From an uncultured delta proteobacterium (GTDB lineage Bacteria > Myxococcota_A > Polyangia > Polyangiales > Polyangiaceae), in the NCBI GenBank assembly GCA_963850305.1, contig CAWKKR010000007.1:384001-448000 (forward strand): a DNA stretch of 64,000 nt. Direction: 5' to 3'. Numbering within the stretch: the stretch's first letter is position 1; each line of letters opens with the position of its first letter. Made by a program: the position numbers and the translations under genes. Below the pieces are notes generated by a model. That model was not told the DNA's origin. It worked only from the letters and a program-made list of their open reading frames with translations, and ran no database searches. Positions 31,598 to 39,823 of this stretch are shown in pieces.

Positions 31598-33517
31598 TCA
31601 GAATCGCACCGTGGCGTCGAGTCGCGCGCCCTCGAAGGGAGCATAAACGCGGCAGACGCCCGAGACGCACAGGAGCCCTCCGCGACGCTGCCCCGCGAAG
31701 AACGAGAGGCTCGAAGACGAGCTCAGATTGTAGTGGACCAGGCCGTTGAAGTAGGTCGGCGGAAACTGGGGGTCCCCCGTATAATCGAAGCCCGTCCCGA
31801 CCGTGAGCTTGCCGTCATACTCGACGGCAAGAAGCTCCTGGATCTCCATCCAGGGAGTCGCGAGCCCCTCCTGGGTGAAGTAGCGCCGTCTCGCGTAGCC
31901 CTGAAGCTTCGCCGTGAAAGGCCCGCCCAGCCACTGGACCAGATCATGCCGCACGTACTCCTCTCGATAGAAGATGTGGGTCTGCGCGCCGCTCGCATCC
32001 GTGAGGAGTCGGGCAGCATCGTCGAACCGAACGCCGGACGTGACGGTACTGTGGCTGCGATGATCCTTCGATGACATCTGGAGTCCGGTGGCCACGTCCC
32101 ACACGCGGTCTTCGCTCTGGGTATTTGCGTCGCAGCCTTCGTTCGACACGGACTCGGCCCAGCTCGAGTAGCGGCCGACCCAGCCGAACACACTCGTCTG
32201 GCGAGATAGCTCGAAGTCCGCCCTCATTCGCCCTCCGGTCACGCAGGTGTTGAACCCCTCGTACTCGGTGTCGACCCAGAGGGCTTCGGTCGTCGGCGGC
32301 GCACTATATTGTACGGCTGAAAACTCCGGCGCGTGAGCCAGGTCGACGTTCGCGAGGAGCGGGAAGAAGCGCCGGTAGTCTTTGAACTCCGCGGTGACGG
32401 TGACGGGTGCAAACTGGCCGCTCAGGCTCGCGTAAATGGCGTGACCCGCCGCAGGTAAACCGGACGAGGCGGCGACCTGAGCGGGATAGGAGAGGCCCTG
32501 CAACGCCGCTTCGACGTAAAGTGCGCCGTGCCCTCCGAGGTTTGGCGCCGAGAGGGAGACGCTCCCCGTGCGCACGGTGTCGGCGCTACGGACGACTCCG
32601 GGGGAGAGCGGCATCGGCATCCCGGAGGGACCGTCCAGCAGCGTCCGTCCGAGCAGCGAGCCTTGAACGCCGACTAGAAGGTCATCGGTGCCCCCTTCGA
32701 TCTGCGCACCCGCGAGGCGATCCGGCGAATAGGTCGGAGTGGCCGCCGCATCGAACGGGCTCGCCTGCGCGGGGGGCATGCCCGCCTCGGTGATCCCGGC
32801 AATTCCCCGAGTCACGCTCGACGTGACGCCGAGATAGCGCCCGCTCGCCTCGTCGACGCGGAGCGGATTCATCGTGCCGCCGAGGACCGTCAGTTTGAAG
32901 CGAGTCGAATCGACGCGGAAGCGGCCCGTCAAGCGGCCGCCCCGCACCGTGGTGTCGCTCGCGAGCGCGTCTTGCTGCCTCACGCTGAGCACGAGGCCGC
33001 GGCCGAACTGCGCCGAGAAGTCTCCGGCGGTCACGTCGAGGTAGCGGGACGTGTACCCCATGTAGTATTTCGAAGGGTAAAGCCAGCTCGTGTAGCGAGT
33101 GGCAAGCTCCCTGGACGTTTCGGTGGTGTTCTCCACGAATGAATTGGCGTCCTCGGGCGTGTACGTCGCAGGGAGCGTTCCCCCGTGCTGTTCGCGCAGG
33201 AGCTCCAGCGCGACCTCCGTCGGAGTCTTCGCCGTGAAGAACCATGCTGAATCGAGCCGAAGCCCTGCGTGGAAGTGGCCGTAACTCGCCAGCGCATTCA
33301 GGCGATTGTAATAGACGCCCCAGTCGTCATCGACGTGGCTCGCGACGCTCGCCTGGTCGGAGTTCCGGTTGTCCACGTTGTAGAGGACGCTCGCCGTCTC
33401 CGTCACGTCGAGATGGATCGGTTGCCCTCCGACCGGCGCCGTGTCCACGGCGCCCGCGGTCCGTGCGCCGAGCAGGATCAACGAAAGAAAGCGCGACGCG
33501 AATCGAAATCGGCTCAC
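31598..33517 (-). CDS. Outer-membrane beta-barrel protein, DUF6029-like
   Basis: Signal peptide, amphipathic strands, GDFSAQFGRGLVL; C-terminus RGGLLCVSGVCRVYAPFEGARLDATVRF with terminal Phe. Confidence 0.7.
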   Translation of the reverse strand: MSRFRFASRFLSLILLGARTAGAVDTAPVGGQPIHLDVTETASVLYNVDNRNSDQASVASHVDDDWGVYYNRLNALASYGHFHAGLRLDSAWFFTAKTPTEVALELLREQHGGTLPATYTPEDANSFVENTTETSRELATRYTSWLYPSKYYMGYTSRYLDVTAGDFSAQFGRGLVLSVRQQDALASDTTVRGGRLTGRFRVDSTRFKLTVLGGTMNPLRVDEASGRYLGVTSSVTRGIAGITEAGMPPAQASPFDAAATPTYSPDRLAGAQIEGGTDDLLVGVQGSLLGRTLLDGPSGMPMPLSPGVVRSADTVRTGSVSLSAPNLGGHGALYVEAALQGLSYPAQVAASSGLPAAGHAIYASLSGQFAPVTVTAEFKDYRRFFPLLANVDLAHAPEFSAVQYSAPPTTEALWVDTEYEGFNTCVTGGRMRADFELSRQTSVFGWVGRYSSWAESVSNEGCDANTQSEDRVWDVATGLQMSSKDHRSHSTVTSGVRFDDAARLLTDASGAQTHIFYREEYVRHDLVQWLGGPFTAKLQGYARRRYFTQEGLATPWMEIQELLAVEYDGKLTVGTGFDYTGDPQFPPTYFNGLVHYNLSSSSSLSFFAGQRRGGLLCVSGVCRVYAPFEGARLDATVRF

Positions 33518-33538
33518 CCGGTCTCCGTGGCCGTCGCG

Positions 33539-34225
33539 CTAGGGACCCGTGCCGGCCAGGAAGGTGTCCACGGCTCCGAACAGCACGGAAGGTTCATTGC
33601 CCGAGAGCGCGAGCACGATCTTCATCGTCTTCGTGTCGATGAGCAGGTTGAACGGAGCCGTGACCGTCGACGTGAAGAGCCCGAGCTGATGCTCGGCATC
33701 GAGAGCGAACGGAAAGTCGAGCGAGTACACTTCGGCCCAGGTCGCCGCGTCAGCCGGTGTCGCGGGTTTGGCCGCGGCGTCCTGGAAGATGGTGCCGAGA
33801 ATCCGGAACCCTTGGCCCTGCAGCGCCGCCAGGCGCGCCGTGAGCGAAGGCTGAGTCGCGCCGTCGCCACCGTACTCGGAGCGACAGGATACGCACCAGA
33901 CGGCACACGACTCGACGAGCAAGAGTCGGGCGTCCGGATCGGCGTGGAAGTTCGAGAGGCAAATCGGTTGGAAATGGGTGATGTCGTAGTTTGCTGCCTT
34001 CGGATCTTCCCAGCCCTGGAAGCAAAGGTCCCTCGTCACGTCTCCCACTTGAGTGCCATAGGGGCCCGCCGGATAAGTCGATGTGCCGCCGTCCGCGGGT
34101 CGTGCCCCCGCGCGAATGGCGTCGAGCAAGCCCTGCGGAACGGCCGCGTCGTTCGAGCCGCAGCCGACGGCCAGGAGGGCGAGTAGCAGAAGGGAACGGG
34201 CGGGGGTCACGTCGAGACCTCGCAT
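33539..34225 (-). CDS. Thioredoxin-fold lipoprotein (CAVWCVSC)
   Basis: Lipobox AVGC; CxxC motif; FPFALD and APFNLLID. Confidence 0.85.
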   Translation of the reverse strand: MRGLDVTPARSLLLLALLAVGCGSNDAAVPQGLLDAIRAGARPADGGTSTYPAGPYGTQVGDVTRDLCFQGWEDPKAANYDITHFQPICLSNFHADPDARLLLVESCAVWCVSCRSEYGGDGATQPSLTARLAALQGQGFRILGTIFQDAAAKPATPADAATWAEVYSLDFPFALDAEHQLGLFTSTVTAPFNLLIDTKTMKIVLALSGNEPSVLFGAVDTFLAGTGP

Positions 34226-34455
34226 GAATACGGCCATCCCGCTGACTTGTTACAAAAATCGACGCCAGCCTGGCGCAGCCGCCGGAGTGAGTGCGAGCGT
34301 CCTGGAGTGGAGCCGAGCGTCCGTCTCGGTCGGAAGGAAAAATCGCCGGAGGATGATGAGAAATGTTGGGTCAGGCGTGTCACTTTATCCTTGGTCGCCG
34401 CGTAGGTGCTGAAAGAGCCGTCCCCGGCTCGCGCCGAGTGACGTTGGAATTTTTC

Positions 34456-35364
34456 ATGAAGCTTGCTTACTGGCTCGCCCTCGCTCCTCTCATCACCGGC
34501 GGCTGTAGCTCCGGCTCGGACACCCATGGGGACTCGAAGACCCTCGGCGCGGCGGACGCGGCGCCACCTGGATTCGGTCCGTCGGATGCGGACACGTCGG
34601 GGATCTTCGTGAAGACGGTGACAGGGCGATTTCTCGATCCGAACGGAAACCCGCCATCGTCGGCGGACTTCACCGTCTCCGTTTGTGGCCCCATCTGTTA
34701 CTTCGGCGATTCGGCGTCCGATGGCAGCTTCTCGACCCCGATCGGTGCGCGTATCGATCTGTCGCAATACTCGGCGCTTCCCCACGGGCGGCCCTACATC
34801 GCCGGATTCTATTTCGCGCTGCCGACGGACGCGCCTGGACCCGCGATCGATCTCGGCGATCTCCGGATCATCCCGATGCCCCAGGACGGCGCGCCCATCG
34901 ATCCGACGGGCGCGACGGCACAGACGCTGACCTCGGGTCCCGTGACGCTCGACATTGCCCAGGGCCTCGGCACCCACCTCGAGTTCGACGACCTCGCAGC
35001 AGCCGCCGCGGGCTCCGAGTTCCGCGCCGTCACCGTGGACCCGCACCTCATGGGCCGCTTCGTTCCACAGGACGCGGACGCGATCATCGCCCTCGGTCCT
35101 TTCGAGTCCTATGAGTTCGACGCGGGGAGCAACGTCGTTCCCACGCACCTGACGTTCGCCAACACGGCCGGCCTCGCTCCGGGCAAGGCCGTCGAGTTTC
35201 TCGCACTCGGAACCTATCTGCATCCCGACTGGATCCCACCGGCGGAGTTCACATCCGTCGCGACGGGTCGCGTTTCGGCGGACGGCGCTCGTATCGATCT
35301 CGATGCAGGGGAAGGGCTTCTCTATCTCACCTGGGTTGCCATCCGGGCAACGGGTGGCGAGTGA
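34456..35364 (+). CDS. Hypothetical lipoprotein with CxxxC motif
   Basis: Lipobox TGGC; beta-rich; VSVCGPICYFG. Confidence 0.7.
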   Translation: MKLAYWLALAPLITGGCSSGSDTHGDSKTLGAADAAPPGFGPSDADTSGIFVKTVTGRFLDPNGNPPSSADFTVSVCGPICYFGDSASDGSFSTPIGARIDLSQYSALPHGRPYIAGFYFALPTDAPGPAIDLGDLRIIPMPQDGAPIDPTGATAQTLTSGPVTLDIAQGLGTHLEFDDLAAAAAGSEFRAVTVDPHLMGRFVPQDADAIIALGPFESYEFDAGSNVVPTHLTFANTAGLAPGKAVEFLALGTYLHPDWIPPAEFTSVATGRVSADGARIDLDAGEGLLYLTWVAIRATGGE

Positions 35365-37049
35365 CCCCGTCGATGGGCGTAAGGAGAGCCGTGGCGCGGC
35401 GCCGAAGCGGGCGTTACCGCGGCAGTGCGCTCGCGGGCTTGCTCGCGGCTTTCGCCACGGCATGCAGCAGTGGCACGAAGGGAACGGGCGGGGCGGAAGC
35501 CAGCGCACCAGCGTGTGCCGCGGAGCCGGCGACCGCCGCTGCCGCGCCGGAGCTGAACGGCGGAGTCTCGTGGCTGAACACCGATCACCCGTGGACGCTC
35601 GCCGAGCTCAAAGGCCAGGTCGTTCTCCTCGATTTCTGGACCTACGGATGCATCAATTGTCTGCATCAAGTGCCGGTGGTCTCGGCGCTCGAGGATCAGT
35701 TCGCGGGGCGTCCGTTCGTCGTGATCGGCGTCCATTCGGCGAAGTTTGCGAACGAGAAGGACGCGGACAACATCGAGCTCGCGATCCAGCAATACGACAT
35801 CCGCCATCCTGTGGTCGTCGACAGCAACCTCGCCATCTGGAACGCCTTCAACGTCAACGCCTGGCCGACGGCGGTCATCATCGATGCCGAAGGCCGCATT
35901 CGGTACATGCAGGCCGGGGAATATTCAGCGTCCGCGGCCGCCGGGCGGATCACACAGCTTCTCGATCAAGCCGAATGCCTCGGCGTGGCCGCAGCGCCGA
36001 TCTCGTATCTGACGGACCCGAACGCGAGCGCCACGACGCCACTCCTCTTTCCGACCGCGGTGCTCGCGCTGCCCGACGGCAGGATCGCGATCTCCGACTC
36101 CTCGCACAATCGGATCGTCGTGATGCAGAGCGAAGGGACGGTCGGCGACGTCTTCGGCTCGGGGACCGCGGGATTCGTCGATGGAGCCGCGGCTGACGCC
36201 GAATTCTCAGCGCCCGAGGGGCTCACGTTCGCAGGCGGGCTGCTCTACGTCGCCGACTCTGGAAACCACTCGATCCGTGCCATCGATCTGACCACACGGA
36301 CGGTCACCAACGTTGCGGGCACGGGAGCCCCTGGGGGTGATCTCTCCACTGCCACGGACTGGATGCCATCGACGACCACGCGTCTGAACTCGCCCTGGGA
36401 CCTCGAGCCCGCGGGCTCGATGATCGCCGTCGCACTCGCCGGCGTTCATCAGCTCGGCATGTTCGATCCCGCCGGCGCGCGATTCCGCTGGTTCTCGGGC
36501 ACTGGAGCCGAGGGGCTGGTCGACGGTACCGCGACGACGTGCGAGTACGCGCAGCCGAGCGCACTCTCGCCCAGCCAGGACGGCTCGACGCTGTACGTCG
36601 CCGATGCCGAATCGTCTTCCGTGCGCGCCGTGAACGTCGCCGACGGCTCATGCTCGACGCTGGTCGGGCAGGGGCTGTTCGACTTCGGCGACCGGGACGG
36701 GACCGGGGATCAGGTGTTGCTCCAGCACGTCTCCGGGCTCGAAACGCTCGCCGATGGAGACCTGCTTCTCGCCGATACGTACAACTCCAAGATCAAAGAT
36801 CTGGTCCCTTCCACCCGCACCGTCACGACCGTCGATTGGCCCCCGGTGAGCCTCGCGCTCGACGAGCCCCGCGGCCTGTCGCGGCTCGGCAACGTGGTTT
36901 ACGTGGCCGACACGAGCCATCACCGGATCCTCGTCCACGATCTCGCGTCCGGCGACACCCACGTGCTCGATCTCGGCGATCTCGCGCCCCCGTCTTCATC
37001 CGGCGACGGCGGGGTGATGGGCGCGCCGAGCGGCGACGCAGCGCCCTGA
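35361..37049 (+). CDS. Thioredoxin plus NHL beta-propeller lipoprotein (NHLRC2/SOQ1-like architecture)
   Basis: DFWTYGCINC, GVHSAKF and VNAWPT, then NHL repeats (ISDSSHNRI, LYVADSGNHSIR, ADTYNSKIK); lipobox ATAC; GTGA overlap. Confidence 0.92.
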   Translation: MTPSMGVRRAVARRRSGRYRGSALAGLLAAFATACSSGTKGTGGAEASAPACAAEPATAAAAPELNGGVSWLNTDHPWTLAELKGQVVLLDFWTYGCINCLHQVPVVSALEDQFAGRPFVVIGVHSAKFANEKDADNIELAIQQYDIRHPVVVDSNLAIWNAFNVNAWPTAVIIDAEGRIRYMQAGEYSASAAAGRITQLLDQAECLGVAAAPISYLTDPNASATTPLLFPTAVLALPDGRIAISDSSHNRIVVMQSEGTVGDVFGSGTAGFVDGAAADAEFSAPEGLTFAGGLLYVADSGNHSIRAIDLTTRTVTNVAGTGAPGGDLSTATDWMPSTTTRLNSPWDLEPAGSMIAVALAGVHQLGMFDPAGARFRWFSGTGAEGLVDGTATTCEYAQPSALSPSQDGSTLYVADAESSSVRAVNVADGSCSTLVGQGLFDFGDRDGTGDQVLLQHVSGLETLADGDLLLADTYNSKIKDLVPSTRTVTTVDWPPVSLALDEPRGLSRLGNVVYVADTSHHRILVHDLASGDTHVLDLGDLAPPSSSGDGGVMGAPSGDAAP

Positions 37050-37208
37050 GCCCGCGCCGCCGCCGCGGAACCAAGCGTCGTTCGCGAGCGGCCGGTGGCG
37101 TGTCGCGCCGGCAAACTCGTCCACGATGCAGCGAGCAGGCCGGGCAAGTGCGTGATCACCGATTCGCTGGCTTGCACACCACGTCCGTCCGCGCGCAAGC
37201 TCCCTTTC

Positions 37209-37628
37209 ATGGACGAGCACATCGATCCGACGAAAGAGCAGTTCGCCGCCTTCAAGGACCTGAAGCGTGAGGGGCGGATTCACATGCTGAACCTCGTGCG
37301 CTTGCGCGCGGCGGCCGCATATCCGGACGGTCGCGAGGCGACGGGCGACGATGCCTACCGCGCTTACGCGCGTGAGAGCGGCCCGGTCTTCAAGCGGGTC
37401 GGCGGGCGGCAATACTGGGTCGGGGGATTCGAACAGATGCTGATTGGCCCGTCCACCGAGCGCTGGGACCGCGTCTTCATTGCCGAGTACCCGAGCGGGC
37501 AGGCGTTCGTGGAAATGCTTCGCGACCCGATCTACCGCGAAGCCGTCAAGCACCGGCAGGCCGCCGTCGAGGATTCGCGACTGATCCGGCTGAAGCCGCT
37601 CGAAGCCGGAGAAGTATTCGGAGAGTGA
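37209..37628 (+). CDS. DUF1330-like protein
   Basis: IHMLNLVRLR, WDRVFIAEYPS and HRQAAVEDSRL motifs. Confidence 0.82.
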   Translation: MDEHIDPTKEQFAAFKDLKREGRIHMLNLVRLRAAAAYPDGREATGDDAYRAYARESGPVFKRVGGRQYWVGGFEQMLIGPSTERWDRVFIAEYPSGQAFVEMLRDPIYREAVKHRQAAVEDSRLIRLKPLEAGEVFGE

Positions 37629-37650
37629 ACGCGCGCTACCGAGGCGCCCG

Positions 37651-37992
37651 TCAGGGATACTCGAACGTGACGGTCACGCCGCCAGCGTCCGTGCAAAGCG
37701 TGGCGCCCGTTTCGCCCTGGATGCAGTCGCAGGACGGGTTGTCGGAGCACTTCGCAGGAATGGGCTTGCAGGTGTAGTTCGGGGGCGCGCAGCAGGGGCC
37801 TCCCTCGGTCACGTTGCAATAGTCGGTCGCGATGGGACACGTCAGGCTGTCGCCGCAGCTGAAGGTGAGCCGTGTGTTGGCGGAACCGCCCGCGCCTGCG
37901 ATGCTCCCACTCGTCGCGCCGCCGCACGCGACGAGCAGCCAGAGCGTTGGAACGGCCGCGAGTGTTGCAGGTCGCAGTACGTACATGAGCAT
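37651..37992 (-). CDS. Small Cys-rich lipoprotein
   Basis: Lipobox LVAC followed by 10 further Cys in ~75 aa. Confidence 0.7.
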   Translation of the reverse strand: MLMYVLRPATLAAVPTLWLLVACGGATSGSIAGAGGSANTRLTFSCGDSLTCPIATDYCNVTEGGPCCAPPNYTCKPIPAKCSDNPSCDCIQGETGATLCTDAGGVTVTFEYP

Positions 37993-38098
37993 AGGCTAAC
38001 AGGGCGTCACCGCGTTCGCGGGCGTCGCCGGCATCGTCCTCGGGTTCGCTGCCCAGCGCACGCTCTCGCCGCGAACCCGTCAAGGATCTCTCTGGCCT

Positions 38099-38392
38099 TC
38101 ATCGCGCCGGGTTGCCGATCGCGTCGGCGAGTCGGGTCAGGAGGTGACGCATGTCAGCGGGCGACCGCAACCGATACCGTGCGTGAGAGACGCCCGGGTC
38201 GACCCGCACCGAGACATCGCCTTGCTCGAACGCCGCGAACAGATCCTCGTCGGTTCGATCGTCACCCGCGCCGAACAGCAACGGCCGCAGGCGATGCCTC
38301 TCGATGATCTCGCCGACGACGCTCGCCTTGGTGACGCCCGGGATCCTCGCTTCGATGATCTTCGTTCGGTGACGACGCTCGAAGGGTCGCCC
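38099..38392 (-). pseudogene. Trehalose-6-phosphate phosphatase (OtsB-like HAD), C-terminal fragment
   Basis: KIIEARIPGVTKASVV...LFGAGDDRTDEDLF...VSVRV...ARYRL; the N-terminal DxD motif is absent. Confidence 0.7.
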
Positions 38393-39514
38393 TCAATGCT
38401 TCGGAACGCTCGCCTTGCCGCACGTCGGACCGATCGGAAACCCGCCAGGGGGCGCCTTCCTCAGCCGCTCCTCGGTGGCCGGGCTGTAGTGGCCGTCGGC
38501 TGCAATCGGGTCGTCGGGGTGGTTGCGGTTCCAGAGCGTCTGGAACGCGAGCACGTCCATGCCGCCACGGGGCGATTTGTTGCCGCCCTTGTAATCGAAA
38601 TGCACGCGGTCCGACGTGCCGAGCCAGTGAAACTCCTGTGCCTCGAGGGCGGGCCGCCACTGGGCGTGCTCGGCGATGTCCAGGGCAACGCCAATCTCGT
38701 GATTGCTTTCCCCCGGCAGCGTTGCGAGCTGGACCCCGCAGTGCTTGCCGGCAGACCACCGCCAGACGAGATACTGCTGCGCGACCGTCCTGAGCGCGCT
38801 GTTGATCGTCATCTTTTCTTTGCGGTGGGCATCGAGCACCTGGAGGAGATGATTTCGCGCGTCGAGTTCGAGATAGGGGAAGACGTTCGTGGCAAACGCC
38901 AGGTTCGGACGTCTCGGCAGTGGCACGAAAGCATTCGGCTTGATGCAGCGGGCTTGCTCGATAATCTGCCGGCTCAAGCCTTCGACACTCGCCGTCGAGC
39001 AGCTCCCGGCTGCGGCTTCTTGCACCGTGGAGAAGTGTCTCGGGGGAGTCCGTTTCGCGGGCCTCGGCTCGCCGTCATCCGTCTCGTCGTCCAGTACGGG
39101 TGACGACACCTCGGCGGTCTCGGCCGGCGGCTCGCCGCTGCTCGCGACTCCCATCGCTGTGCCGGAAGCCGGGAGCTCGACGGCACGAGGCGTCTCGACC
39201 GGCGGCGCTGAGGTCGCGTTGGTTCCACGTCGAGCGGTGTCCCTCACGACCGAGAACACGCTGAGAACAATCACGGCACCGGGGGCCAGGATCGCCGCGC
39301 ACAACGCCATCGTACGGGTTGGCCGCCAGGCGTGCGGTGCGGAAAGCTCGGTCGAACGACGACCCTCCCCTTCGGGATTCTCCGCGTGCGGCGGCGCAAC
39401 GCTCTCGGGGCCGTCCCCCGTGGCGGCACCGTCCGGGGTCGTCGACGCGCCGTCGTCCTTGGCAGCGTCGTCCGCCACGGGCGCTTCGGTACCGCGATCG
39501 GCAGTTCCGGGCAA
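38393..39514 (-). CDS. M15-family zinc peptidase with C-terminal peptidoglycan-binding-like segment
   Basis: SALRT, QQY, PGESNHEIGVALDI, DRVHFD and FQTLWN...DGHYSPATE; one TM segment. Start uncertain (TTG 39514 or a later ATG). Confidence 0.82.
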   Translation of the reverse strand: MPGTADRGTEAPVADDAAKDDGASTTPDGAATGDGPESVAPPHAENPEGEGRRSTELSAPHAWRPTRTMALCAAILAPGAVIVLSVFSVVRDTARRGTNATSAPPVETPRAVELPASGTAMGVASSGEPPAETAEVSSPVLDDETDDGEPRPAKRTPPRHFSTVQEAAAGSCSTASVEGLSRQIIEQARCIKPNAFVPLPRRPNLAFATNVFPYLELDARNHLLQVLDAHRKEKMTINSALRTVAQQYLVWRWSAGKHCGVQLATLPGESNHEIGVALDIAEHAQWRPALEAQEFHWLGTSDRVHFDYKGGNKSPRGGMDVLAFQTLWNRNHPDDPIAADGHYSPATEERLRKAPPGGFPIGPTCGKASVPKH

Positions 39515-39700
39515 CCACGACGACGGACCCGCCGCGATCGCAGCGCGCAGTGACCCATCCCTGCGCCGCAGTAATCGATGATCCTCGCCGCCGGGACTGC
39601 CGATCGAGTCGGAGTTGTCGATCCCCGCGGCGCGGGGATGGGTTACTGCGAGTCGATCACGTGTACGCGGAGTCGGAGGGACGAGGTACTGCGGCGCAGG
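39495..39700. repeat. Cluster of interleaved inverted repeats (putative structured RNA)
   Basis: 39495-39510/39591-39606 (15/16), 39546-39578/39618-39650 (28/33), 39560-39573/39687-39700 (14/14), plus hairpin 39621-39639. Confidence 0.85.
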
Positions 39701-39823
39701 CGTTCATAAAGGCGACGGGTCGACGGGCGGGCCGGCGGCGGGGAGCGGGAGCAGCAGCAGGCGGGAGCGCGTAACCTCGTGCTGTCCGCGTCTCCAGCCG
39801 CGCTCGTTCCTGCGAGGCGACCT

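Noticed and set aside
38393..38395. Selenocysteine read-through at the M15 TGA
   Set aside because: The TGA is not in a redox or Cys-equivalent context, and no SECIS-like hairpin was recognised.
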